Counted from the stretch's first letter, positions 32,089-40,953 are shown. The stretch is DNA of 64,000 bases from Christensenellaceae bacterium (GCA_022510815.1 JAFLST010000011.1:4713-68712), one strand, 5' to 3'. Numbers and translations: made by a program. The notes: generated by a model from the letters alone, not told the origin.

Positions 32089-32346
32089 ATGGCCCTGCTC
32101 AAAACATTCGCGACGCTGGCGCTGATCTCGGGAGCGCTGCTGGTGCTGCTGCCGGATGGGTCGCTGCGCAGGACGGCGGCGCTGGTCATGGGCCTGCTGC
32201 TGACCCTCTGCTGGGCCGAGGGGCTGATCAGCCTGATCAGCCTGCCGCAGGGCGGCGCGCTGCCCGACACAGCGCTTGCTCCTACCGGCACTACGGTACA
32301 ACAGATTGCCGATGAGCTGCTTCCGGAGGTGACACAGTCGCCATGA
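32089..32346 (+). CDS. spoIIIAF: stage III sporulation protein AF-like, short form
   Basis: 85 aa with two N-terminal TM spans. ATG after AGGAGG. Called from its position between AE and AG. Confidence 0.5.
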   Translation: MALLKTFATLALISGALLVLLPDGSLRRTAALVMGLLLTLCWAEGLISLISLPQGGALPDTALAPTGTTVQQIADELLPEVTQSP

Positions 32347-32684
32347 CGCAGAAGCTAAAGGATTACCTTCGCAGGGACGGGTGGCTGGTGGCGGCGCTGG
32401 CGCTGGTGGTCGCGCTGTGCCTGATGCTGGGCAGCGCGGAGAGCGGCAAGGCTGCCCAGACCAGCGACGAGGCGCGCCTGAGCCGGGTGCTTTCAGCCAT
32501 GGCAGGCGCGGGCAAGGTCGATGTGGCGGTGTACTATGACGGCACGGTCCCCTGCGGCGCGGTGGTGGTGGCGGACGGCGCGGGGGACGCGGCGGTGCGC
32601 ATCCGGCTATCCGGCGCGGTGACCACCCTGCTGGGACTGGACGCGAGCCGCGTGGCGGTCTATGAACGGGAAGGAGAGCATTGA
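32343..32684 (+). CDS. spoIIIAG: stage III sporulation protein AG-like, short form
   Basis: 113 aa with one TM span. The C-terminus ...CGAVVVADGAGDAAVRIRLSGAVTTLLGLDASRVAVYE resembles the AG ring-building motif. Confidence 0.6.
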   Translation: MTQKLKDYLRRDGWLVAALALVVALCLMLGSAESGKAAQTSDEARLSRVLSAMAGAGKVDVAVYYDGTVPCGAVVVADGAGDAAVRIRLSGAVTTLLGLDASRVAVYEREGEH

Positions 32685-32685
32685 C

Positions 32686-33192
32686 ATGCGCGAAACAGGC
32701 GATTTCATGACCCGGCACAGGAATCTGCTGCTCATTTTGCTGCTGCTGGTGACCATGGTGGTGAGCTCGCTGGCCAATCAGGAGCGCATTGCGCAGGAAG
32801 CGGCGACAGTCTCGCTGCCGGTGGTCGAGCCCTATTCGGAGCCCGCCGGCAAAATCGAGCTGTTCCGGCAGCAGCGGGACGCCGCGTCGCTTCAGGACAT
32901 GGCCGCGCTGCAAACGCTGGTGGATCAGGAGCAGCTCGACCAGCAGACCCGCGCCGAAGCCGCCGCCCAGCTCCGGGCATTGGTGGACACCCGGGAAAAG
33001 CAGCTTGCGCTTGAGGGTGCGCTGCTGGAGAGCGGCCTGTCCCCCTGCGTGGCCGTCATCAGCGCCGGTCAGGTGACCATCGTCACAGAAAAAACCGTCC
33101 TGACAGACGACGAGACGGCCCTGCTCATGACCATGGCCCAGCTCCATGCCGGCGCATTGCCCGCGCAGGTCAGCGTCATCACCACGGATTGA
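32686..33192 (+). CDS. spoIIIAH: stage III sporulation protein AH
   Basis: ATG after AAGGAGAG. Has an N-terminal TM span and a Gln/Ala-rich coiled region ending in ...CVAVISAGQVTIV. Confidence 0.75.
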   Translation: MRETGDFMTRHRNLLLILLLLVTMVVSSLANQERIAQEAATVSLPVVEPYSEPAGKIELFRQQRDAASLQDMAALQTLVDQEQLDQQTRAEAAAQLRALVDTREKQLALEGALLESGLSPCVAVISAGQVTIVTEKTVLTDDETALLMTMAQLHAGALPAQVSVITTD

Positions 33193-33221
33193 AAAACCGT
33201 TATCCGGGCATACTGTCCTCG

Positions 33222-33250
33222 TTGCAATCCGCCCGTGATTGTGCTATACT
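33222..33250 (+). promoter_or_regulatory. sigma-A type promoter for rseC-trxA
   Basis: TTGCAA, 17 nt, TATACT. Confidence 0.6.
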
Positions 33251-33280
33251 GAACGGGCGATGAACAAAGGAGGGCTGGCC

Positions 33281-33700
33281 ATGGAGAGAACCGGCGAGGT
33301 AACCGCCGTCAAGGGCGAGTGGCTCGAGGTGACGTTCTGCCGTCCCGCGGACTGCGAGAAGTGCAACGCCTGCGGCATGGGCCAGAAGAAGACCAGCATC
33401 ATGGTGCGGGGCGAGGCTCATCCGGGCGACATGGCGGTCGTGTCAATGCCCGCGTCCACGGTGATGAAGGCGTCCCTGCTGGCCTATGTGCTGCCGCTGA
33501 TCGGGCTGTTCATCGGGCTGTTCGCGGGCATGGCGCTGTTCCCGCAGGCTGAGAATGCCGCGGGGCTCATTGGCGCGCTGATCGGGCTGGCGATTCCGCT
33601 CGCCTTCGTGGTGCTGACCGAAAAGCGCCGCCGCCAGAGCGATCGCTGGCAGCCGACCCTCATCGAGGTGATCCCCGCAGCCGCGAATGCGCGGTTATGA
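33281..33700 (+). CDS. RseC/MucC-family (SoxR-reducing system) membrane protein
   Basis: ATG after AAGGAGGG. N-terminus GEVTAVKGEWLEVTF...CEKCNACG followed by two TM spans. Confidence 0.75.
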   Translation: MERTGEVTAVKGEWLEVTFCRPADCEKCNACGMGQKKTSIMVRGEAHPGDMAVVSMPASTVMKASLLAYVLPLIGLFIGLFAGMALFPQAENAAGLIGALIGLAIPLAFVVLTEKRRRQSDRWQPTLIEVIPAAANARL

Positions 33701-33747
33701 CTATTATCGTATCGGAAACATACGCTGAACATGAAGGAGGTATTTTC

Positions 33748-34062
33748 ATGGCAACGGAAATCAAGCAGGAGGATTTTTCCACCTTTGTGAAGCAGGATAA
33801 GCCCGTGCTGGTGGACTTCTGGGCAACGTGGTGCGGCCCGTGCCGCATGCTCTCTCCGATCGTGGAGGAGGTCTCCGAGGCCCATGCCGACACCCTTGTT
33901 GTGGGCAAGGTGAACGTTGACGAGTGCCCCGAGCTGGCCCAGCAGTTCGGCGTGATGAGCATCCCGACCCTGATCCTGTTCAAGGACGGCGAGATCGTCG
34001 ACAAGCGCATCGGCTACCAGCCCAAGGACGAGCTGGAAGAGATGCTCAAGCAGGCGTTCTGA
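33748..34062 (+). CDS. trxA: thioredoxin
   Basis: Active site WATWCGPCRM. ATG after GAAGGAGG. 104 aa. Confidence 0.92.
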   Translation: MATEIKQEDFSTFVKQDKPVLVDFWATWCGPCRMLSPIVEEVSEAHADTLVVGKVNVDECPELAQQFGVMSIPTLILFKDGEIVDKRIGYQPKDELEEMLKQAF

Positions 34063-34082
34063 TTCGCTCTGCACGGCATAGC

Positions 34083-34120
34083 GGCGCATGGATGGCAGCA
34101 TCCTTGCGCCGTTTGTTTTT
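34083..34120 (+). terminator. intrinsic terminator after trxA
   Basis: ggcgcatgga...tccttgcgcc stem followed by gtttgttttt. Confidence 0.65.
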
Positions 34121-34324
34121 CCGCCGCCATATGCTATACGCCAGCGTGCGCATTGTAACAAGCCGCCGAGATGCGGGGCAAACCAGCAGCGCACAGGTTT
34201 GCTGAAGAGATAAAAGGGCCTGACAGCCGGACTGATCCGGCAGGAGGGTGCCATGAAAAGGCGGTTATTTCCTGAACTCTACGATTCGTAGAGCGCTTTT
34301 TCGCCCGGCTCAACGCGCGGTTCG

Positions 34325-34353
34325 TGGACGCCGCGCCTGCTGCTTGCTATGAT
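34325..34353 (+). promoter_or_regulatory. candidate promoter of the decayed XRE gene
   Basis: TGGACG, 17 nt, TATGAT, located 24 nt upstream of the ATG at 34377. Confidence 0.45.
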
Positions 34354-34376
34354 ATTCCCGGAAGGCGGTCAAGCCG

Positions 34377-34637
34377 ATGGATCAAATCAAAATCGGCAGG
34401 TTCATCGCAGAGAACAGAAGGACCAAGGGTCTGACGCAGGCTCAACGGGCGGAGAAGCTGCGCATCACCGACCGGGCTGTGTCGAAGTGGTAGACGGGCA
34501 GAGGGCTGCCGGACTCCTCGATCATGCTCGAGCTGTGCGCGCTGCTGGGCATCAGCGTCAACGAATTGTTACAAGGAGGCGCCATCGACATGGAAAACGA
34601 CCGCAAGGCCGCAGGAGCTGGAACAAAAAGGTGCTGA
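34377..34637 (+). pseudogene. XRE-family HTH regulator inactivated by an in-frame TAG and C-terminally degenerate
   Basis: MDQIKIGRFIAENRRTKGLTQAQRAEKLRITDRAVSKW-TAG(34491-34493)-TGRGLPDSSIMLELCALLGISVNELLQGG... The stop replaces the conserved Glu of the SKWE(T/R)G motif. Confidence 0.7.
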
Positions 34638-34730
34638 CAAAGGAATAAGCTGGTGGCCGGGCCGCTAGGCGATCAGTCAGCGTCAACAGCCTAAAGGCCG
34701 CGATACCGCCCAATCAAAGCGAATTTCAAA

Positions 34731-34767
34731 GGGCCTGCCGTCTGCTCTTCACAGCCGGCAGGCCCTT
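34731..34767. terminator. GC-rich hairpin, probable terminator downstream of cotJC
   Basis: agggcctgccg/cggcaggccct 11-bp stem about 110 nt after the cotJC stop. The U-tract is weak. Confidence 0.45.
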
Positions 34768-34878
34768 CCTGCTGTATGCTTGCTTCTGCTCAGTATTTCA
34801 TGGGTTCATCAGATACATTCGGATGAGCCTTCGCTGCTCTGTCGCTGTCTGCAAAGCTGCGAACGTCCGCCCTTCCGG

Positions 34879-35082
34879 TCAGTTGCTCCGGTTCAGGGCC
34901 GTGTTGACAGCATAGAAGTTCTGCTCGTTCAGCCTTGCGCGCAGCAGGTTCAGCGCCTCGGAGAACCGCTGATAATGCACGATCTCCCGCTCGCGCAGAT
35001 AGCGCAGGACGTCCTTCACGTCGGGATCGTCCGCCTGCCGCAGGAGGTTTTCGTAGGTGGTGCGAGCCTTTTGCTCTGCTGC
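34879..35082 (-). CDS. cotJC: 3' segment of the split spore-coat gene cotJC (Mn-catalase family)
   Basis: Encodes AAEQKARTTYENLLRQADDPDVKDVLRYLREREIVHYQRFSEALNLL..., the conserved CotJC C-terminus. Homology begins exactly at the 8-bp repeat 35075-35082. Confidence 0.85.
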   Translation of the reverse strand, partial: AAEQKARTTYENLLRQADDPDVKDVLRYLREREIVHYQRFSEALNLLRARLNEQNFYAVNTALNRSN

Positions 35083-35105
35083 AATCACATAAGAACAAGC
35101 TGAAG

Positions 35106-36659
35106 TCAAAAACTCCAGTGGATCTCGATGGGGACGACCCGCGTGCCGGGGATGCGCTTGCTGACGGTGATATGGTCAATGAGCGTTTCCACCATCTCAC
35201 GGGTGAGGTGGTCGAGGTTGGTGTAGGCCTCCACCAGCTCGCGGCGGTTGTCGCCGGACGCGATTCTGGCGTCAATGCCGGAGAGCTGCTTTTCGCTGTC
35301 GGCAACGAGCCGCTCCAAGCGATCACGTTCTGCAGCGAAGCCCTTGGACAGGTCTGTGAAGTCGCTCTCGGACAGCAGGCCCTTCACCTTATCCATATAC
35401 AGCTCCCGGATGCCCTTGGAATACTCCGCAATCTTGCTCCTGTAGACGGCGATATCAGAGAGCAGGCGTGATTTCTGTCCCTGCAGGTTATCGCAGAACT
35501 CGATGTTCCGCTCCAGCGCGTCCCTGTCAAGGTACTGCGCTGACAGGCGGTTCAGCTCGTCGAGCACAAGCTGCTCCAGCTTGTCAACCGAGATAAAGGA
35601 ACCGACGCAAGCGTCCTTGGATACATGCCGGTTCGAGCACTTCAGATAGCGCTTGTCCTGACACTTGGCAGAGCGCATCACATAGCCGCAGTGGGCGCAG
35701 CGGGCTTTCCCCGCGAACAGGCCGACCTTGCCCGCCGCAAAGGGCTTGGCCTTCTGCGCAATCATCGCCTGCACCCTGTCCCACAGTTCGCGGTCAACGA
35801 TCGGCTCATGCGTCCCCTCAACGATATACCATTCGCTTCTGGGGCGCGGCTTATTCTGCTTGGTCTTGTAGGATACGCTGCCGTATTTGCCCTGCACCAT
35901 GTGGCCGATGTAGATTTCGTTCGTCAGCATGTCGGAGATCGCAAAGTACTTCCAGAGCGTGCCGCTTTTTGTCTTCGGCTGCTTATACCGCAAGCCGTGC
36001 AAGCGCTTGTACTCGGTCGGATTAGGAATGCCCCGGTCATTGAGCATGCGGGCGATGGCGGACTTCCCGTGCCCCTGCGCGAAAAGCGCGAACACCTCGC
36101 GGACAACGGCAGCGGCTTCCTCGTCGACGAGCAGGCGGCCCTTTTGATCGGGGTCTTTCTTATAGCCGTAAAGGGCAAACGCGCCGATATGGAAACCGTT
36201 CTTCCGTCTGTTGGTCAGGACGCTGCGGATGTTTTCCGACATGTCCTCCAAATACCACTCATTGACCAGCCCGTTGATCTGCCGGGATTTTTTGTTGCCC
36301 TTGTTGGCGGTATCCGCGTTATCGACGATGCTGATGAAGCGGATGCCCCATATCGGGAACAGGCCGTGAATATACTTCTCGACCAACTCCAGTTCGCGGG
36401 TAAACCGTGACTGCGTCTTGCAGAGAACGACGTCAAACCTGCGCTGCTCCGCATCCTGCAGCAGCCGGTTAAACTGCGGGCGCCGTCTGTCAGCGCCGGT
36501 ATAGTCGTCATCGCTGTATATGTTGTAAAGCTCCCACCCCTGTTCCATGGCGTACTGGAGCAGCATCATCTTCTGATTCTGGATGCTGTTGCTGTCATCC
36601 GTTTCAAACTGCTTGTTTCTGTCCTCCTCGGATAAGCGGCAATAAATCGCTACTTTCAT
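35106..36659 (-). CDS. large serine recombinase (resolvase domain, recombinase domain, zinc ribbon, DUF4368-like tail)
   Basis: The N-terminus MKVAIYCRLSEEDRN holds the catalytic Ser. CAHCGY...KCSNRH is the zinc ribbon. The C-terminal coiled-coil ends ...IDHITVSKR...IEIHWSF. 517 aa with an AAGGAG RBS. Confidence 0.92.
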   Translation of the reverse strand: MKVAIYCRLSEEDRNKQFETDDSNSIQNQKMMLLQYAMEQGWELYNIYSDDDYTGADRRRPQFNRLLQDAEQRRFDVVLCKTQSRFTRELELVEKYIHGLFPIWGIRFISIVDNADTANKGNKKSRQINGLVNEWYLEDMSENIRSVLTNRRKNGFHIGAFALYGYKKDPDQKGRLLVDEEAAAVVREVFALFAQGHGKSAIARMLNDRGIPNPTEYKRLHGLRYKQPKTKSGTLWKYFAISDMLTNEIYIGHMVQGKYGSVSYKTKQNKPRPRSEWYIVEGTHEPIVDRELWDRVQAMIAQKAKPFAAGKVGLFAGKARCAHCGYVMRSAKCQDKRYLKCSNRHVSKDACVGSFISVDKLEQLVLDELNRLSAQYLDRDALERNIEFCDNLQGQKSRLLSDIAVYRSKIAEYSKGIRELYMDKVKGLLSESDFTDLSKGFAAERDRLERLVADSEKQLSGIDARIASGDNRRELVEAYTNLDHLTREMVETLIDHITVSKRIPGTRVVPIEIHWSF

Positions 36660-36723
36660 GCTCTGATCTCCTTAGCGATAAAAACCTTCTTCACGCGGAT
36701 GGCGCCGCGCGGAAAACGGCCTA

Positions 36724-36975
36724 TCACTCCCGCCGGACAACGCTGACGTTTTTGCCCTTTTCGATTCGGTTAATCATCGCAATCCATATCTGCGTGAATT
36801 GCTCCTTCGTTATCGTGCTTTCGCCGCTCCGGAAAACGCTTTTGCATGGACTCGCGCTTATCGCCTTCCCGGTATGCTCCAATCGCCCATCTCCTTTCAA
36901 AAAACGGCTATTGCACCCTATGACTCGCGGCATGTCCACTATGACCGCCGAAGCGCCGCCCTCATTGGACAGCAC
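36724..36975 (-). CDS. small hypothetical ORF directly upstream of the recombinase (coding status uncertain)
   Basis: 83 codons from a GTG without a clear RBS. It ends 65 nt before the recombinase start. No motif recognised. Confidence 0.3.
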   Translation of the reverse strand: MLSNEGGASAVIVDMPRVIGCNSRFLKGDGRLEHTGKAISASPCKSVFRSGESTITKEQFTQIWIAMINRIEKGKNVSVVRRE

Positions 36976-37143
36976 AGAGAACTCTGTATGCTCAAGCTGG
37001 TGTCACCCCATGCCATAACCGGCTGCAAGTCAAGGGATGGGACACATCCTCTGCCTCGACAGAAAGCCAGCCCTGCCGTCTGGCGACTGTGCTGAAAACG
37101 GTCTTTGCGTGCCACATTGTGCGGGTATTTGCAAAGACCGCGA

Positions 37144-37172
37144 TTGACATGCGGGAGCGGACGTTGTAAAAT
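37144..37172 (+). promoter_or_regulatory. sigma-A type promoter of the first HD-GYP gene
   Basis: TTGACA, 17 nt, TAAAAT. A 10-bp inverted repeat cggtctttgc/gcaaagaccg (37099-37140) abuts the -35. Confidence 0.55.
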
Positions 37173-37274
37173 TGATACGGTCTGATATGACCTGTTCCTT
37201 TTCTTTCCATCGGTTTTGTGCATCATTTTGAGCTGGCAGCATGGCGCTGTTCCGGCAGGCAAGGAGGAAGCCGC

Positions 37275-39128
37275 GTGCAGGAATTGATTGAGCGCTATCT
37301 GGCAAACGTCGCCCGGTGCGCGGTTCTCAACAGGCCGACCTTTGAGCCGGGGCTGAGCGACAGTGAACTGCTCGAGGGCATCCAGCGGAACGCGCAGGAG
37401 GTTCACGAGCTGATCCTCCAGAACAATGAGATCCTCGACCAATTCCTGCTGGGCAGAAATCCCGCGGAGATCACCGACGAGGATATCCGCGATCTGAGCA
37501 CGTTTGCTGACCGGCTGTTCCTCTACAACCACAGCATCGACGACGGCACCGCTTACCGCATCCATCGCCTGCTGCTCGACGTGGCAACGCTGCGCGGCGA
37601 CCGGGATATGCGCATCCGGGAGCTGTACTATGTGGGCATCACGCTCCAGTATATGAAGATCAGCTGCAATGACCTTAATCTCTTTGCGCTGCTGGGCGAG
37701 GTACGGGCCGCGTTTGACGCCGCTGCCGAGTATATGGCTGTCTACGAGGAGATCGAGAGCGAGCAGACGCGCAGCTTCATCGTGCGCAGCCTCGCCAACC
37801 GCAAGCTGGGGCTGGAACGCACGAACAAGAGCTGGGACGAATATGACAAGCTGTTCACCGAAGCGATGGACGTGATCACGTCGCCCAAATACCGCGCGAT
37901 GAACCCCAATCTGCCGTGGGACGCTTTTGAATACTCCATGCACGCCGACCGGGCCGGGCTGACCGACGCGATGCGCTTTAGCGACGATCCCCTGCGCGCG
38001 CAGCAGGTGCTCGCCTCCGCGCGCTACATCTACGAGCACACGGAGGAGCACGAGCGCAACAACAACCGCTTTACCAGCTCTCGCGTATCCTACCTCTATG
38101 CGGCGGCGCGGTACCATGCCGGGGAAATCACACTGCACGCGCTGCTCTCCATGCTCTTCGAGCTCTACGAGCATGCCGACTGGTCTGACTATTCCGACAA
38201 GGGTCTGGTCTTCAACGTCAACGTCCCCTGCTATATCCAGTATTACACTGGCAGGCTGCCCCGCGAAGAGCGCGCCATGTGGCGCACAAAGCGGCGCGAG
38301 GTCTTCTCGAAGGTCTCCGAATACCTCGCGAGGATGAACGCGAGTGAATACATGTTCCTGCTGAACAACAACGTGCAGGAGATCGTTGCTCTGCGCGCGC
38401 AGGGTGACAGGAGCTTCCGCGAGCACAAGCTTGAATACATCCTCAGCTGCCACCGGCCGACATATGTGCATTCCCACGTCGTCGCTTGGCTGGCCGGACA
38501 GCTGGCATGGCGGATGACGGAGGTTTCCCCGAGCGCGCTGATCGGCGTACTGGGCGTGAAGAACGAGGACGGAGTTCGCGCCCGCGCTCAGGAGATCGCG
38601 CAGCATGTGTACGAGTGCGCCCTCTACCACGACATGGGCAAGAACATGCTGCTCAGCGCCGTAAGCCTGTATCACCGGCGGCTGATTGATCTGGAATTCG
38701 GCAACATCAAGTGGCATCCCATCTTCGGCGCGCGGCTTCTGCGCATGTGCGGCGCGGGCAAGGACGCGCAGCAGGTGGCCTTGTATCACCATCTCTTTTA
38801 TGACGGCACCGGCGGCTATCCGCAGGACTGCGAGCCCTGCAGCGCTTCGGCGCGGCCGCTGGTAGGCATTGTCTCGGTTGCCGACTCGCTCGACGCGGGC
38901 ACGGACAATATCGGTCGCTGCTACGCGGCGGTCAAGACCTTTGAAACGCTGGTTGGCGAGCTGCGCGCAGGCAGCGGCACACGCTATGATCCGGCGGTCG
39001 TCGCGCTGTTTGACGACGAGTCCTTCATCGCACGCATGCGCGACGGGCTCACCGCCACGCGCCGGGAGATTTACTGCCACGCCTATCGCTCGTCAGAGGA
39101 AGCAGCGGGCGCGGACGGCGTGCTGTAA
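37275..39128 (+). CDS. HD-GYP domain protein with a ~400-aa uncharacterised N-terminal domain
   Basis: GTG after AAGGAGGA. C-terminal motifs are ALYHDMGK, HHLFYDGTGGYP and VADSLDAGT. Confidence 0.8.
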   Translation: MQELIERYLANVARCAVLNRPTFEPGLSDSELLEGIQRNAQEVHELILQNNEILDQFLLGRNPAEITDEDIRDLSTFADRLFLYNHSIDDGTAYRIHRLLLDVATLRGDRDMRIRELYYVGITLQYMKISCNDLNLFALLGEVRAAFDAAAEYMAVYEEIESEQTRSFIVRSLANRKLGLERTNKSWDEYDKLFTEAMDVITSPKYRAMNPNLPWDAFEYSMHADRAGLTDAMRFSDDPLRAQQVLASARYIYEHTEEHERNNNRFTSSRVSYLYAAARYHAGEITLHALLSMLFELYEHADWSDYSDKGLVFNVNVPCYIQYYTGRLPREERAMWRTKRREVFSKVSEYLARMNASEYMFLLNNNVQEIVALRAQGDRSFREHKLEYILSCHRPTYVHSHVVAWLAGQLAWRMTEVSPSALIGVLGVKNEDGVRARAQEIAQHVYECALYHDMGKNMLLSAVSLYHRRLIDLEFGNIKWHPIFGARLLRMCGAGKDAQQVALYHHLFYDGTGGYPQDCEPCSASARPLVGIVSVADSLDAGTDNIGRCYAAVKTFETLVGELRAGSGTRYDPAVVALFDDESFIARMRDGLTATRREIYCHAYRSSEEAAGADGVL

Positions 39129-39173
39129 GCCCGTTGAATCGCGTGGGGATCGCCCTTTTACCGCAGACAATAT

Positions 39174-39240
39174 AAAAGCTCTAAGGGACTTGTTGATGAC
39201 GGAAAAGATATCCGTCATAAGTAAACCCTTAGAGCTTTTT
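39174..39240. terminator. bidirectional compound hairpin between convergent genes
   Basis: Outer stem aaaagctctaaggg/cccttagagctttt encloses an inner stem atgacgg/ccgtcat. T-runs lie on both strands. Confidence 0.6.
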
Positions 39241-39297
39241 CTGATAGGGAGGCCGTTCCCGGAACGAGGAGCCGCAAAGCGGCTGTGCGCCTTCTTT

Positions 39298-39981
39298 TCA
39301 GGTTTGATTCAGCAGCCACGCAAAGCCCTTGCCTGTTCTGAGCCCGCTGTCGACAAAGTGATTCCCCGGATTCCATTCCAGTGTACACGCTTTGACCGCA
39401 TCCTGTTGGCGCAGCAGCTCATGCTGCCGACGAATGCCGCTGCCGACTTCAGCCATCACCCTGTTTCTCGTTTTTTCTTCCTTATCCCCGAGACTGAGAT
39501 AAACACGCGGAGACCGCATCTCATGCTCCTCGGCATAGCGAGTCCATTGCGGAAACCAGACAGACGGCGACACGGCAGCTATGCCCTGAAACAGATCGGT
39601 CTGATAAGCCGCCCACAGGGAAAACAGACCCGCCAGCGAATAGCCTCCCAGATAATATCGCTTCGTTTCTTCCGTCGGATAGCATGACGCAATCTCCGGC
39701 ATCAGGGTTCCCGTGATATAGGCCAGCGTGTCCTTTGCTCCTGCTCCGAAGCTTTCCCTTCCGAATACGGCAGGGGCCTCCCACGGCGACAGCTCCCTGT
39801 TCCAATCCGAGATCTGAAACGCAGCAAGCAAAAACCGCTGACCGGATGTGAGCTCCCTGACGCACGCAATCTCCTGATCCAACGCCTCCAAGTCGTGCTC
39901 ATCAACGGGCTGTATCAGCACGTCAGATGCCCGACTGTCGCCGTATAGGCGGCAGGCTTTATCCCCGATGATTCGCTCCAT
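39298..39981 (-). CDS. alpha/beta hydrolase (putative esterase family)
   Basis: Nucleophile elbow GGYSLAG. 227 aa. Confidence 0.7.
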   Translation of the reverse strand: MERIIGDKACRLYGDSRASDVLIQPVDEHDLEALDQEIACVRELTSGQRFLLAAFQISDWNRELSPWEAPAVFGRESFGAGAKDTLAYITGTLMPEIASCYPTEETKRYYLGGYSLAGLFSLWAAYQTDLFQGIAAVSPSVWFPQWTRYAEEHEMRSPRVYLSLGDKEEKTRNRVMAEVGSGIRRQHELLRQQDAVKACTLEWNPGNHFVDSGLRTGKGFAWLLNQT

Positions 39982-40037
39982 CCGCTTCGCACCCCGTATG
40001 CGTCACAAAGGCTTCATGCCTGAACATATGCGATCTT

Positions 40038-40823
40038 TTACCCCAGCGCCACATCCAGCGCCATCATCAGAACAAAACCGGCGGCAAAGCACAGCGTGCC
40101 GATATTGGAGTGCTTGCCCAACGACATCTCAGGGATGAGATCCTCCACAACCACATAGAGCATTGCGCCAGCGGCAAAACCCAGCAGATAAGGAAGCGCC
40201 GGCACGAACAGCTCCGCCAGGCAGATGGTAAGAATGGTTCCAATGGGCTCCACAATGCCGGAAAGCGCGCCCCATGCAAACGCCTTGGAGCGGCTGACCC
40301 CTTCGCTGCGCAGGGGCAGAGAAACGATGGCGCCCTCCGGGAAATTCTGAATGGCGATACCCAAAGCAAGGGCTATCACCGCCGTCATGCCGATTCCGCT
40401 CTGTCCCGAGAGCCATCCGGCGCAGACCACGCCCACAGCCATTCCTTCCGGGATATTGTGCAGGATCACAGCCAGCACCATCATCGCTGATTTCGGGAGC
40501 TTGCATTTGGGGCCTTCCGCTTCGCTGCCGTTCTTGTGCAGATGCGGGATCAGGTGGTCGATCAGCAGCAGGAACAGGAAGCCGATCCACAGCCCCATCG
40601 CCGCCGGAAAAAACGCCCATTTTCCCATCGTCTCCGCCTGATCCATCGCAGGGATCAGCAGGCTCCAGACGCTGGCGGCCGTCATCACGCCAGACGCAAG
40701 CCCCAGCAGGCCATGATGAACCGCCTGATTCATCTCGCGCCGCATGAAAAACACACAGGCCGCGCCCAGCACCGTTCCAGCCAGCGGGAGAAGAACACCA
40801 ATCAATACTTCGTTCGTGACCAT
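40038..40823 (-). CDS. ZIP-family divalent metal transporter (ZupT-like)
   Basis: Start at MVTNEVLIG after GGAGG. Polytopic, with HNIPEGMAVG and IQNFPEG motifs. Confidence 0.85.
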   Translation of the reverse strand: MVTNEVLIGVLLPLAGTVLGAACVFFMRREMNQAVHHGLLGLASGVMTAASVWSLLIPAMDQAETMGKWAFFPAAMGLWIGFLFLLLIDHLIPHLHKNGSEAEGPKCKLPKSAMMVLAVILHNIPEGMAVGVVCAGWLSGQSGIGMTAVIALALGIAIQNFPEGAIVSLPLRSEGVSRSKAFAWGALSGIVEPIGTILTICLAELFVPALPYLLGFAAGAMLYVVVEDLIPEMSLGKHSNIGTLCFAAGFVLMMALDVALG

Positions 40824-40923
40824 CCTGCAATCCTCCATCCTGATCCGACCCAACCCTAATCCTTCAACAGTATAGCACATGAGGCTGTTCCATGTTAAGC
40901 ATCATCCATAGAACTTTTCCAGA

Positions 40924-40953
40924 TTGACGGCTGCTCCTCCTTTGGGATATACT
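40924..40953 (+). promoter_or_regulatory. candidate promoter of the PHP gene
   Basis: TTGACG, 18 nt, TATACT. Confidence 0.45.

Noticed and set aside
34349-34648. 99-aa ORF on the + strand
   Set aside because: It lies in a different frame over the XRE pseudogene. The HTH frame is the meaningful one.
36939-39080. 713-aa ORF on the - strand
   Set aside because: It is antisense to the HD-GYP gene, which has clear catalytic motifs. It has the same low-complexity composition and no RBS.
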